Shown here piece after piece: positions 34,001-47,800 of a stretch of DNA of 64,000 nt; the first letter of the stretch is position 1; each line of letters begins with the position of its first letter. The stretch is from Eledone cirrhosa. Lineage: Eukaryota. The position numbers and the translations under genes are program-made. Where the stretch lies: assembly GCA_964016885.1 (NCBI GenBank), contig OZ024740.1, forward strand, positions 433,628,001 through 433,692,000, given 5' to 3'. Below the pieces are notes generated by a model, which worked only from the letters and a program-made list of their open reading frames with translations, was not told where the DNA came from and ran no database searches.

Positions 34001-34304
34001 GTTCTGTACAATGGGTCTATAAACCCACTGAAGCAGGTCTGCTGATATCCATGTTGTTCTGTTCAATGGGGCATATAAACCCACTGAAGCAGGTCTGCTG
34101 ATATCCATGTTGTTCTGTACAATGGGTCTATAAACCCACTGAAGCAGGTCTGTTGATATCCATGTTGTTCTGTACAATGGGTCTATAAACCCACTGAAGC
34201 AGGTCTGTTGATATCCATGTTGTTCTGTACAATGGGTCTATAAGCCCACTGAAGCAGGTCTGTTGATATCCATGTTGTTCTGTACAATGGGTCTATAAGC
34301 CCCA
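28081..34304. repeat. 55-bp satellite array, about 113 units (cccactgaagcaggtctgctgatatccatgttgttctgtacaatgggtctataaa)
   Basis: Contiguous, highly homogeneous units without spacers. All MYRTTWISAD ORFs are artefacts. Confidence 0.98.
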
Positions 34305-34457
34305 TTATTAGACTATGTAGTCAATATTACAGCAAAACTTCTATTTTTATTTCAATTCTAAAATATTCATTGTGTTCCAAAAAGGCAATCTAGGTAAGCC
34401 TTCATTCTGCCATAATCTTACATCTGAATAACAAATTTATAAGTAAATATGTATTAG

Positions 34458-34580
34458 TGAAGGCTTGTGGCTGAGTGGTTAGAGAATTGGATTCACAATC
34501 ATGAGGTTGTCAGTTTGATTTACAGAATAGGTGATTTATTATGTCCTTGAACAAGACACTTTATTTCACGTTGCTCCTTC
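34458..34580 (+). mobile_element. tRNA-derived SINE family B, 5' part (CORE-like body)
   Basis: A-box tggctgagtggttagag, degenerate B-box, then tgtccttgaacaagacactttatttcacgttgctcc. Confidence 0.7.
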
Positions 34581-34749
34581 TGCCTTGTGACTGGTATATA
34601 GTATTAGTAAATGGAAAGACCAATGGAAACATTGGTATGCTTATCAAGAGTTTCCCTCATACTTCACAATAGGTTGACTTGAAGGTCAGTCAGTTGATTT
34701 TGACCAACGGAACTGAATGGTCATGAAATTAATGTCTAAATGGTTGAGC

Positions 34750-34965
34750 ATTTCACTGACACATTATTGTAATTCTCAGGGAGATTCAGTATGAGACAGT
34801 GAGTGACAAGTCTGGCCCTTTGAATTACAAGTACATATAACGTGCCAACTGAAAAGATAGGAGCAATATGAAATAAAGTATCTTGTTCAATGCACCACCA
34901 AGAATTGAACTCATCACCTTACGATTCTGAACCAAACACCCTAACCACTAAACCATGTGTTTCAT
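34750..34965 (-). mobile_element. tRNA-derived SINE family B
   Basis: Minus-strand head tggtttagtggttagggtg..gagttcaattc and the same core (ttgaacaagatactttatttcatattgctcc). Confidence 0.7.
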
Positions 34966-35559
34966 TGTGAAGTGCTCTAAGGTGCCAACTAATTCTTCCC
35001 CTTATTTCTGAGAGGGCTATGGGGGCAGAGTCTTCCAGCGGGTCCTGTTAGAAGAAACCAGCTACAGCTGATCTGGCTGGATCCCGCCCCGAGACCAGCT
35101 AAGATTTATAGATGTTATCCAACCATCTTGATCCAGGTCTCTACATCTGGGTCACTAGCAGCCCTCCTCCTGGCCCCCACCCCCTCATTGCCAAGGTGGG
35201 AACCATGTGTTTCCAGGAGACAAATTATACCTGGTTTCTATGCTGTAGAAACAATAAAGACAGACAGTGGGATAGTCAATGATTTATGTCTCAAGCTTCT
35301 GACTGAAGCTCTTTTAACAGCTGTCGCTCACTAATACCCCCCTCTCTCTCTCTATCTCTCTTGTAAACTCTCTCACTCTCTTGTAATCTCTCTCTTTTTC
35401 TCTCTCTCTTCTTTTGTAATCTTTTGAAATAATGTATGTGTGGTTCAACTAATAAAGCAGAGCTGTTGAATTTAAATGTTGAAAACATTGACAATGAACC
35501 AATGATGGGGCTTCAATATGTTCTCATGCTCTACTAGAAACAGCAGCCAAATCTTCCTA

Positions 35560-35942
35560 GAGGCACCCTAGCTCAACAGAGGCACCTTAGCTCAATAGAG
35601 GCACCTTAGTTCAGCCGAGGCACCTTAGCTCAACAGAGGCACCTTAGTTCAACAGAGGCACCTTAGCTCAACAGAGGCACTCTAGCTTAACAGAGGCACC
35701 TTAGCTCAACAGAGGCACCCTAGCTCAACAGAGGCACCTTAGCTCAACAGAGGCACCCTAGCTCAACAGAGACACCTTAGCTCAACAGAGACACCTTAGC
35801 TCAATAGTGTCACCTTAGCTCAACAGAGGCACCCTAGCTCAACAGAGTCACCTTAGCTCAACAGAGGTACTCTAGCTCAACAGAGTCACCTTAGCTCAAC
35901 AGTGTCAACAGAGGCACTCTAGCTCAACAGAGGAACCTTAGC
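35560..35942. repeat. 19-bp minisatellite, about 20 units (cttagctcaacagaggcac)
   Basis: Directly visible. Confidence 0.95.
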
Positions 35943-36014
35943 ATGTCCACAGAGAAAGAAAGCGCAGGCTTAAACAACACCATTAGTAATAGCAAGCTAA
36001 TGAGGAAGTTTCTA

Positions 36015-36190
36015 TATGGTCGCTTACTTTTCTAGAACTAGCAGCCAAATCACCTTCAAATCAAATCATACCACCTTAAAAAAAGGGGGAGAAAATTTTG
36101 CTACAGTAATCAGTGACATTGTATACCTGATCCTAAATTAGAGCAGAGTTGACCTGACCCTAAACAATAACAAAAACAATAACAACTTTA
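36015..36190 (+). mobile_element. Old SINE 3' portion with an (AAC)n tail
   Basis: ctagaa.tagcagccaaatc motif (also at 35534-35553), followed by agagttgacctg..ctaaacaataacaa. Confidence 0.45.
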
Positions 36191-36429
36191 TCAACAACAA
36201 CATTTAAAATATATATTTAAAAAGATGCAATGGTGATCAATGGTGGAACACTTTCCATTATTAATCTGTAGAAATCTATCAATTACTAGGAAATTACACA
36301 AATATGGTATCAAAGATGCAACCCTTCTTGATCAGCCACTTATCCCTGAGAGGGAGGTGAGGGAAGAGTCCTCAAATACTCCTTCCAACTCATCTGTCTG
36401 GATCCCCAAGTGTAATCAGCCAAACTCAT

Positions 36430-36745
36430 GGATGTTATCCAACCATCTTGCTTGTGATCTACCCATGGGTCCCCTGCCTCTTGATTTTGCTAGTAAAATC
36501 TGTCCAGTGATTCTTTCCTGAGACATTCTAACCACATGTCCATAGTATCAGAACTGTGATCTCTTAATTCAGAGAAGTAGTGGCTCTACCTAAAGTGGCT
36601 CTCTCATCTCCAAGATACACCCTCTATTGCATTACACCTAAGACACTTCAGAGGAACCCTATTTCGGCTGCTTGTATTAGGGATCGTATTCTTTCAGTCA
36701 TTACCCAAGATTCATGACCATAGGTAAGGGTTGGCACAAATACTA
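36430..36745 (-). pseudogene. RTE (Expander-like) LINE C-terminal fragment
   Basis: Homologous to 2073-2375: VPTLTYGHESWVMTERIRSLIQAAEIGFL..YYGHVVRM..RWLDNI. Confidence 0.8.
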
Positions 36746-37199
36746 ATTGAAGATAGTGAGTTTGGCTTTTACACCTACCTCCCTTCTGATTACTGAATGC
36801 AACCCAATAACCAAAACTGATTTAATAATTATCTGTAAGGAATTTTAATGGTTGGTGGTTAGAATAAAACCTTCTTCAATGAAACACAATGGAACTCTCT
36901 TTTATGTGTCAATTGTCTCGTTATAACTGATAAATTCCGACCTTACACACTTGTACCTCTCTAAGACAATGTCACTGGACCTCGATCTTTGGGGCTACGC
37001 AGTAATACAGAAGACCGGCCTTGCCTATGTGCAAGGCGAAACCTACAGACAGTAGGCACCTCTTAACCAAATATACACCCCAATCCACTACCCTACCCTA
37101 TCCTCCCACTCCCACCAACACCACCATCTCTCTGTAAAGTTGGTACTACAACAACCAGTCCAAATAAATGAGATAATGAGATCGAGATCGACAAAAAAA

Positions 37200-37388
37200 C
37201 ACCCAGTCCACGCTGTAAATGTGGTTGGTGTGAGGAAGGGCATCCAGCTGTAGAAAACCTGCCAGATAGTCCTATACGAGCGAGACACAGTCACCCGACC
37301 AACCTTGCCTCAAGTGGAACAACTCCTGTCTAACCCATGCTAGCGTTGAAGATGGACGTTAAACGAAGATGATGATGATGATGATGAT
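37200..37388 (+). mobile_element. RTE-related non-autonomous retroelement with a (GAT)n tail
   Basis: gtggttggtgtgaggaagggcatccagctgtagaaa...aacccatgctagc..ggacgttaaacgaagatgatg. The tail is shared with 2378 and 745. Confidence 0.65.
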
Positions 37389-37800
37389 AGCCTTGCAGCC
37401 TTTCCCTAAAAATGGTCTGAAAAGAAGTTCTATCAGTATATATTAATACAAGGTGTCCTAAAACGCTTAATTTCCATTTAAATGAGGTGAGAAATTGGAG
37501 AGGATTGTTTGTCAAGGGAGAGAAATGCTAACTTGGGAATAATAGTTTAGAATGAAATACCAATACACTTAAATATAAGAGCAATCACAAAAAATTGCTA
37601 CTTCAGACTTAAACATCGTTTTGACTATAATTATCGAGGTTTAAAAAGTATGCTCATGTAAATATAATGGTGTGATGATATTTGATAATTATGGCTATTA
37701 CAAGTTAACAACTGACGATCTGAATGTGAATACTGATATCACGAAGGCCAAGTGTACGAAACAGGAATTGGTAGTGACTGTCTAAAATAGATTATGGGAC

Positions 37801-37846
37801 AATAATTCTTTCTTTATTAGCCACAAGGACCGACATAAAGGGGACT
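37801..37846 (-). mobile_element. Extremely 5'-truncated copy of the Tx1 element 3' end
   Basis: The reverse complement gtcccctttatgtcggtccttgtggctaataaagaaagaattatt matches 8421-8466. Confidence 0.75.
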
Positions 37847-38221
37847 AGGCTTGCCTTTTTAACAGCTCTTGTCTAAACTAAGACAACGATTATATATATA
37901 TATAGATAGATATATTCGTCACCAACGAATGCAAGAAAGTTCCCCAGAAAGTTACCCAGGATTTATCAATGTTGCAGTCACTGTAATTGTTTATTTGTAC
38001 CCTCAGACAATAATATCAACCCCCACACAAGACTGGCAGTCTGTATTCTATCCAAATACTTGCTCCAGTTTTTACCACATAACACATTATTTCAAGTAAA
38101 TTATGTTGTTAACATTTTCAGATATGAATCATGAACTGACAAATGGGGAATTAATGGTTGGATGGCATTCACAGAAAATAGGGAAACTGGCACCGTTAAT
38201 AGTCTTGTGGTAGGTTTCATT

Positions 38222-38455
38222 TAGGACATTTAAAACCTGGTGGAGCCTATCTCCTCTAATATGTCACTACTACGACTTCCTCATGAATTACCAGTTGATA
38301 CATACGTTTAATTTAAGGCATTTTTAATCCTAGTGGAGCCTATCTCTTCTAATATGTCACTCCTACGTCTCCCACAGGAGTTACGGGTCTGTCCAGACAT
38401 ATGTTTAAGCTAGGGCATTTTAAAACCTGGTGGAGCCCATTTCCTTCTAATATAG
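38222..38455. repeat. ~95-bp diverged tandem repeat, about 2.5 copies
   Basis: g.catttt.aa.cct.gtggagcc.at.tc..ctaatat at about 38225, 38318 and 38415. Confidence 0.8.
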
Positions 38456-38809
38456 GCTTCCTACATGCTTTTTGTCATGACACCTACACAACCACTTCAC
38501 AGTGAGTACTGGGGGCTTTTTGTCATGTCACCATCATGACCACTAGGTGTGGGCTGGAGGCTTCACTAGACCTATGCTTCAGCCTGTCCTCATGGGAAAT
38601 GTATGGAAGAGTGGGGTGGTTGAAGTGGTGCATACTATATACATTCAACCTGGGTCAATTACAAATTCTTACAGAATGAAAATATAAACACATAAAATAC
38701 AATTAATTATTGCTAGGAACCTCACAAATATAACACACCAAAATATATGACCAGAGTGAGAGAAAGAAAAGGTAAAGAATAAACAAACAAACAATTGACA
38801 CACTAGGTT

Positions 38810-41800
38810 GTCAATTGACCAGCTAGTGTGTCAGTTGATCACCTAGTGTGTCAGTTGATCATCAAGTGTGTCAGTTGACCACCTAGTGTGTCAGTTGATC
38901 ATCAATTGTGTCAGTTGACCATCTAGTGTGTCAGTTGACCACCTAGTGTGTCAGTTGACCACCTAGTGTCTCAGTTGACCACCTAGTGTCAGTTGACCAC
39001 CTAGTGTGTCAGTTGACCACCTAGTGTGTCAGTTGACCACCTAGTGTCTCAGTTGACCACCTAGTGTCAGTTGAACACCTAGTGTGTCAGTTGACCACCT
39101 AGTGTGTCAGTTGACCACCTAGTGTGTAAGTTGACCCCCAAGTGTGTCAGTTGACCACCTAGTGTGTCAGTTGACCACCTAGTGTGTCAGTTGACCACCT
39201 AGTGTGTCAGTTGACCACCTAGTGTGTCAGTTGACCACCTAGTGTGTCAGTTGACCACCTAGTGTGTAAGTTGACCACCAAGTGTGTCAGTTGACCACCA
39301 AGTGTGTAAGTTGACCATCAAGTGTGTCGGTTGACCACCTAGTGTGTCAGTTGACCACCTAGTGTGTCAGTTGACCACCTAGTGTGTCAGTTGACCACCT
39401 AGTGTGTCAGTTGACCACCTAGTGTGTCAGTTGACCACCTAGTGTGTCAGTTGACCACCTAGTGTGTCAGTTGACCACCTAGTGTGTCAGTTGACCACCA
39501 AGTGTGTAAGTTGACCACCTAGTGTGTAAGTTGACCACCTAGTGTGTCGGTTGACCACCTAGTGTGTCGGTTGACCACCTAGTGTGTCGGTTGACCACCT
39601 AGTGTGTCGGTTGACCACCTAGTGTGTCGGTTGACCACCTAGTGTGTCGGTTGACCACCTAGTGTGTCGGTTGACCAGCAAGTGTGTCGGTTGACCAGCA
39701 AGTGTGTCAGTTGACCAGCAAGTGTGTCAGTTGACGACCTAGTGTGTCAGTTGACGACCTAGTGTGTCAGTTGACCATCTAGTGTGTCAGTTGACCACCT
39801 AGTGTCAGTTGAACACCTAGTGTGTCAGTTGACCGCCTAGTGTGTCAGTTGACCACCTAGTGTGTCAGTTGACCACCTAGTGTGTCAGTTGACCACCTAG
39901 TGTCAGTTGACCACCTAGTGTGTCAGTTGACCACCTAGTGTGTCAGTTGACCAACTAGTGTGTCAGTTGACCAACTAGTGTGTCAGTTGAACACCTAGTG
40001 TATCAGTGGACCACCTAGTGTGTCAGTTGACCACCAAGTGTGTCAGTTGACCACCTAGTGTGTCAGTTGACCACCTAGTGTGTCAGTTGACCACCTAGTG
40101 TGTCAGTTGACCACCTAGTGTGTCAGTTGACCACCTAGTGTGCCAGTTGACCACCTAGTGTGTCAGTTGACCACCTAGTGTGTCAGTTGACCACCAAGTG
40201 TGTCAGTTGACCACCAAGTGTGTCAGTTGACCACCAAGTGTGTCAGTTGACCACCTGGTGTGTCAGTTGACCACCAAGTGTGTCAGTTGACCACCTAGTG
40301 TGTCAGTTGACCACTTAGTGTGTCAGTTGACCACCAAGTGTCAGTTGAACACCTAGTGTAAGTTGATCATCAAGTGTGTCAGTTGACCACCTAGTGTGTC
40401 AGTTGATCATCTAGTGTGTCAGTTGACCACCTAGTGTGTCAGTTGACCACCTAGTGTCTCAGTTGACCACCTAGTGCCAGTTGAACACCTAGTGTGTCAG
40501 TTGACCACCTAGTGTGTCAGTTGACCACCAAGTGTGTCAGTTGACCACCTAGTGTGTCAGTTGACCACCTAGTGTGTCAGTTGAACACCTAGTGTGTCAG
40601 TTGACCACCTAGTGTGTCAGTTGACCACCTAGTGTGTCAGTTGACCACCTAGTGTGTCAGTTGACCACCAAGTGTGTCAGTTGACCACCAAGTGTGTCAG
40701 TTGACCACCAAGTGTGTCAGTTGACCACCAAGTGTGTCAGTTGACCACCAAGTGTGTCAGTTGACCACCAAGTGTGTCAGTTGACCACCAAGTGTGTCGG
40801 TTGACCACCAAGTGTGTCGGTTGACCACCAAGTGTGTCGGTTGACCACCAAGTGTGTCGGTTGACCACCAAGTGTGTCGGTTGACCACCAAGTGTGTCGG
40901 TTGACCACCAAGTGTGTCGGTTGACCACCAAGTGTGTCGGTTGACCACCAAGTGTGTCGGTTGACCACCAAGTGTGTCGGTTGAACACCAAGTGTGTCGG
41001 TTGAACACCTAGTGTGTCGGTTGACCACCTAGTGTGTCGGTTGACCACCTAGTGTGTCGGTTGACCACCAAGTGTGTCGGTTGACCACCAAGTGTGTCGG
41101 TTGACCACCAAGTGTGTCGGTTGACCACCAAGTGTGTCGGTTGACGACCAAGTGTGTCAGTTGACGACCAAGTGTGTCAGTTGACGACCTAGTGTGTCAG
41201 TTGACGACCTAGTGTGTCAGTTGACGACCTAGTGTGTCAGTTGACGACCTAGTGTGTCAGTTGACCACCTAGTGTGTCAGTTGACCACCTAGTGTCAGTT
41301 GAACACCTAGTGTGTCAGTTGACCACCTAGTGTGTCAGTTGACCACCAAGTGTGTCAGTGGAACACCTAGTGTGTCAGTGGAACACCTAGTGTGTCTGTG
41401 GAACACCTAGTGTGTCAGTTGACCACCTAGTGTCAGTTGACCACCTAGTGTGTCAGTTGACCAACTAGTGTGTCAGTTCAACACCTAGTGTATCAGTGGA
41501 CCACCTAGTGTGTCAGTTGACCACCAAGTGTGTCAGTTGACCACCAAGTGTGTCAGTTGACCACCTAGTGTGTCAGTTGACCACCTAGTGTGTCAGTTGA
41601 CCACCTAGTGTGTCAGTTGACCACCTAGTGTGTCAGTTGACCACCTAGTGTGTCAGTTGACCACCTAGTGTGTCAGTTGACCACCTAGTGTGTCAGTTGA
41701 CCACCTAGTGTGTCAGTTGACCACCAAGTGTGTCAGTTGACCACCAAGTGTGTCAGTTGACCACCTAGTGTGTCAGTTGACCACCTAGTGTGTCAGTTGA

Positions 41801-44800
41801 CCACCAAGTGTGTCAGTTGACCACCAAGTGTGTCAGTTGACCACCAAGTGTGTCAGTTGACCACCAAGTGTGTCAGTTGACCACCAAGTGTGTCAGTTGA
41901 CCACCAAGTGTGTCAGTTGACCACTTAGTGTGTCAGTTGACCACCAAGTGCGTCAGTTGACCACCAAGTGTGTCAGTTGACCACCTAGTGTGTCAGTTGA
42001 CCACCAAGTGTGTCAGTTAAACACCTAGTGTCAGTTGAACACCTAGTGTGTCAGTTGACCACCTAGTGTGTCAGTTGACCACCAAGTGCGTCAGTTGACC
42101 ACCAAGTGTGTCAGTTGACCACCTAGTGTGTCAGTTGACCACCTAGTGTGTCAGTTGACCACCTAGTGTGTCAGTTGACCACCTAGTGTGTCAGTTGACC
42201 ACCTAGTGTGTCAGTTGACCACGAAGTGTGTCAGTTGACCACGAAGTGTGTCAGTTGACCACGAAGTGTGTCAGTTGACCACCTGGTGTGTCAGTTGACC
42301 ACCTAGTGTGTCAGTTGACCACCTAGTGTGTCAGTTGACCACCTAGTGTGTCAGTTGACCACCAAGTGTGTCGGTTGACCACCAAGTGTGTCAGTTGACC
42401 ACCTAGTGTGTCAGTTGACCACCTAGTGTGTCGGTTGACCACCTAGTGTGTCAGTTGACCACCTAGTGTGTCGGTTGACCACCTAGTGTGTCGGTTGACC
42501 ACCTAGTGTGTTAGTTGACCACCAAGTGTGTCAGTTGACCACCTAGTGTGTCAGTTGACCACCTAGTGTGTCAGTTGACCACCTAGTGTGTCAGTTGACG
42601 ACCTAGTGTGTCAGTTGACCACCTAGTGTGTCAGTTGACCGCCTAGTGTGTCAGTTGACCGCCTAGTGTGTCAGTTGACCACCAAGTGTGTCAGTTGACC
42701 ACCTAGTGTGTCAGTTGAACACCTAGTGTCAGTTGACCACCTAGTGTGTCAGTTGACCACCTAGTGTCAGTTGACCACCTAGTGTGTCAGTTGACCACCT
42801 AGTGTCAGTTGACCACCTAGTGTCAGTTGACCACCTAGTGTGTCAGTTGACCACCTAGTGTGTCAGTTGACCAACTAGTGTGTCAGTTGAACACCTAGTG
42901 TGTCAGTTGACCACCAAGTGTATCAGTGGACCACCTAGTGTGTCAGTTGACCACCTAGTGTGTCAGTTGACCACCAAGTGTGTCAGTTGACCACCTAGTG
43001 TGTCAGTTGACCACCTAGTGTGTCAGTTGACCACCTAGTGTGTCAGTTGACCACCTAGTGTGTCAGTTGACCACCTAGTGTGTCAGTTGACCACCTAGTG
43101 TGTCAGTTGACCACCAAGTGTGTCAGTTGACCACCTAGTGTGTCAGTTGACCACTTAGTGTGTCAGTTGACCACCAAGTGTGTCAGTTGACCACCAAGTG
43201 TGTCAGTTGACCACCTAGTGTGTCAGTTGACCACCTAGTGTGTCAGTTGACCACCTAGTGTGTCAGTTGACCACCAAGTGTGTCAGTTGACCACCAAGTG
43301 TGTCAGTTGACGACCTAGTGTGTCAGTTGACAACTTAGTGTGTCAGTTGACCACCAAGTGTGTCAGTTGACCACCAAGTGTGTCAGTTGACCACCCAGTG
43401 TGTCAGTTGACCACCCAGTGTGTCAGTTGACCACCTCGTGTGTCAGTTGACCACCTCGTGTGTCAGTTGAACACCTCGTGTCAGTTGAACACCTAGTGTG
43501 TCAGTTGACCACCTAGTGTGTCAGTTGACCACCTAGTGTGTCAGTTGACCTCCAAGTGTGTCAGTTGACCTCCAAGTGTGTCAGTTGACCACCTAGTGTG
43601 TCAGTTGACCTCCAAGTGTGTCAGTTGACCACCTAGTGTGTCAGTTGACCACCTAGTGGCTCAGTTGCCCACCAAGTGCGTCAGTTGACCACCTAGTGTG
43701 TCAGTTGACCACCTAGTGTGTCAGTTGACCACCTAGTGTGTCAGTTGACCACCAAGTGTGTCAGTTGACCACCTAGTGTGTCAGTTGACAACGAAGTGTG
43801 TCAGTTGACCACCTAGTGTGTCAGTTGATCTCCAAGTGTGTCAGTTGACCACCTAGTGTCTCAGTTGACCACCTAGTGTGTCAGTTGACCACCTAGTGTG
43901 TCAGTTGACCACCTAGTGTGTCAGTTGACCACTTAGTGTGTCAGTTGACCACCAAGTGTGTCAGTTGACCACCTAGTGTGTCAGTTGACCACGAAGTGTG
44001 TCAGTTGACCACCTAGTGTGTCAGTTGACCACCTAGTGTGTTAGTTGACCACCTAGTGTGTCAGTTGACCACCTAGTGTGTCAGTTGACCACCTAGTGTG
44101 TCAGTTGACCACCAGAGTGTGTCAGTTGACCACCTAGTGTCACGTGAACACCTAGTGTGTCAGTTGAACACCTAGTCTGTCAGTTGAACACCTAGTGTGA
44201 CAGTTGAACACCTAGTGTGTCAGCTGACCACCAAGTGTGTCAGTTTACCACCTATTGTCACTTGAACACCTAGTGTGTCAGTTGAACACCTAGTGCGTCA
44301 GTTGACCACCAAGTGTGTCAGTTGAACACCTAGTGTGTCCGTTGAACACCTAGTGTGTCAGTTGAACACCCAGTGTGTCAGTTGAACACCAAGTGTCAGA
44401 TGACCACCTAGTGTCACTTGAACACCTAGTGCGTCAGTTGACCACCAAGTGTGTCAGTTGACCACCTAGTGTGTCAGTTGACCACCTAGTGTCAGTTGAC
44501 CACCTAGTGTGTCAGTTGACCACCTAGTGTGTCAGTTGACCACCTAGTGTGTCAGTTGAACACCTAGTGTGTCAGTTGACCACCTAGTGTGTCAGTTGAC
44601 CACCTAGTGTGTCAGTTGACCACCTAGTGTGTCAGTTGAACACCTAGTGTGTCAGTTGACCACCTAGTGTGTCAGTTGACCACCAAGTGTGTCAGTTGAC
44701 CACCAAGTGTGTCAGTTGACCAACTAGTGTCAGTTGACCACCTAGTGTGTCAGTTGACCACCTAGTGTGTCATTTGACCACCTACTGTGTCAGTTGACCA

Positions 44801-47800
44801 CCAAGTGTGTCAGTTGACCACCTAGTGTGTCAGTTGACCACCTAGTGTGTCAGTTGACCACCTAGTGTGTCAGTTGAACACCTAGTGTGTCAGTTGACCA
44901 CCTAGTGTGTCAGTTGACCACCTGTGTCAGTTGACCATCAAGTGTGTCAGTTGACCACCTTGTGTGTCAGTTGACCACCTAGTGTGTCAGTTGACCACCT
45001 AGTGTGTCAGTTGACCACCTAGTGTGTCAGTTGACCACCAAGTGTGTCAGTTGACCACCAAGTGTGTCAGTTGACCACTTAGTGTGTCAGTTGACCACTT
45101 AGTGTGTCAGTTTACCACCTAGTGTGTCAGTTGACCACCTAGTGTGTCAGTTGACCACCAAGTGTGTCAGTTGACCACCAAGTGTGTCAGTTGACCACCT
45201 AGTGTGTCAGTTGACAACTTAGTGTGTCAGTTGACCACCAAGTGTGTCAGTTGACCACCAAGTGTGTCAGTTGACCACCAAGTGTGTCAGTTGACCACCA
45301 AGTGTGTCAGTTGACCACCTAGTGTGTCAGTTGACCACCTAGTGTGTCAGTTGAACACCTCGTGTGTCAGTTGAACACCTAGTGTCAGTTGAACATCTAG
45401 TGTGTCAGTTGACCACCTAGTGTGTCAGTTGACCACCTAGTGTGTCAGTTGACCTCCAAGTGCGTCAGTTGAACATCAAGTGTGTCAGTTGACCACCTAG
45501 TGTCTCAGTTGACCACCAAGTGCGTCAGTTGATCACCAAGTGTGTCAGTTGACCACTTAGTGTGTCAGTTGACCACCAAGTGTGTCAGTTGACCACCTAG
45601 TGTGTCAGTTGACCACCTAGTGTGTCAGTTGACCACCTAGTGTGTCAGTTGACCACCTAGTGTGTCAGTTGACGACATAGTGTGTCAGTTGACCACGAAG
45701 TGTGTCAGTTGACCACCTAGTGTGTCAGTTGACCTCCAAGTGTGTCAGTTGACCACCTAGTGTCTCAGTTGACCACCAAGTGTGTCGGTTGACCACCTAG
45801 TGTGTCGGTTGACCACCTAGTGTGTCAGTTGACCACCTAGTGTGTCAGTTGACCACCTAGTGTGTCAGTTGACCACCTAGTGTGTCAGTTGACCACCTAG
45901 TGTGTCAGTTGAACACCTAGTGTGTCAGTTGACCACCTAGTGTGTCAGTTGACCACCTAGTGTGTCAGTTGACCACCAAGTGTGTCAGTTGACCACCTAG
46001 TGTGTCAGTTGACCACGAAGTGTGTCAGTTGACCACGAAGTGTGTCAGTTGACCAGGAAGTGTCTCAGTTGACCACGAAGTGTGTCAGTTGACCACGAAG
46101 TGTGTCAGTTGACCACGAAGTGTGTCAGTTGACCACCTAGTGTGTCAGTTGACCACCTAGTGTGTCAGTTGAACACCTAGTGTGTCAGTTGACCACCTAG
46201 TGTGTCAGTTGACCACCTAGTGTGTCAGTTGACCACCTAGTGTGTCTGACCACCTAGTGTGTCAGTTGACCACCTAGTGTGTCAGTTGACCACCTAGTGT
46301 GTCAGTTGAACACCAAGTGTGTCAGTTGACCACCTAGTGTCACGTGAACACCTAGTGTGGCAGTTGAACACCTAGTGTGTCAGTTGAACACCTAGTGTGA
46401 CAGTTGAACACCTAGTGTGTCAGCTGACCACCAAGTGTGTCAGTTTACCACCTATTGTCACTTGACCACCAAGTGTGTCAGTTGAACACCTAGTGCGTCA
46501 GTTGACCACCAAGTGTGTCAGTTGAACACCTAGTGTGTCCGTTGAACACCTAGTGTGTCAGTTGAACACCCAGTGTGTCAGTTGACCACCAAGTGTCAGT
46601 TGACCACCTAGTGTCACTTGAACACCTAGTGCGTCAGTTGACCACCAAGTGTGTCAGTTGACCACCTAGTGTGTCAGTTGACCACCTAGTGTCAGTTGAC
46701 CACCTAGTGTGTCAGTTGACCACCTAGTGTGTCAGTTGACCACCTAGTGTCAGTTGACCACCTAGTGTGTCAGTTGACCACCTAGTGTGTCAGTTGACCA
46801 CCAAGTGTGTCAGTTGACCACCTAGTGTCTCAGTTGACCAGCAAGTGTCAGTTGACCACCAAGTGTGTCAGTTGACCACCTAGTGTGTCAGTTGACAACC
46901 TAGTGTGTCAGTTGACCACCTAGTGTCAGTTGACCACCTAGTGTGTCAGTTGAACACCTAGTATGTCAGTTGACCACCTAGTGTGTCAGTTGAACACCTA
47001 GTGTGTCAGTTGACCACTATGTGTGTGTCGGTTGACCACCTAGTGTGTCAGTTGACCACCTAGTGTCAGTTGAACACCTAGTGTGTCAGTTGAACACCTT
47101 GTGTGTCAGTTGAACACCTAGTGTGTCAGTTGACCTCATAATGTGTCAGTTGAACACCTAGTGTGTCAGTTGACCACCTAGTGTGTCAGTTGACCACCAA
47201 GTGTGTCAGTTGACCACCTAGTGTGTCAGTTGACCACCTAGTGTGTCAGTTGACCACCTAGTGTGTCAGTTGACCACCTAGTGTGACAGTTGAACACCTA
47301 GTGTCAGTTGAACACCTAGTGTGTCAGTTGACCACCTAGTGTGTCAGTTGACCACCTAGTGTGTCAGTTGACCACCTAGTGTCAGTTGACCACCTAGTGT
47401 GTCAGTTGAACACCAAGTGTGTCAGTTGACCAGCTAGTGTGTCAGTTGAACACCTAGTGTGTCAGTTGAACACCTAGTGTGTCAGTTGACCACCTAGTGT
47501 GTCAGTTGACCACCTAGTGTGTCAGTTGACCACCTAGTGTCAGTTGAACACCTAGTGTGTCAGTTGAACACCTAGTGTGTCAGTTGACCACCTAGTGTGT
47601 CAGTTGACCATCTAGTGTGTCAGTTGACCACCTAGTGTGTCAGTTGAACACCTAGTGTGTCAGTTGAACACCTAGTGTGTCAGTTGACCACCTAGTGTGT
47701 CAGTTGACCACCTAGTGTGTCAGTTGACCACCTAGTCTGTCAGTTAAACACCTTGTGTGTCAGTTGACCACCTAGTGTGTCAGTTGACCTCCTAATGTGT

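Noticed and set aside
28081-34304. CRISPR-like regular array or repeat protein (MYRTTWISADLLQW ORFs)
   Set aside because: The units are contiguous with no unique spacers and no cas genes. The 55-bp period is not a multiple of three, so the ORFs cycle through frames.
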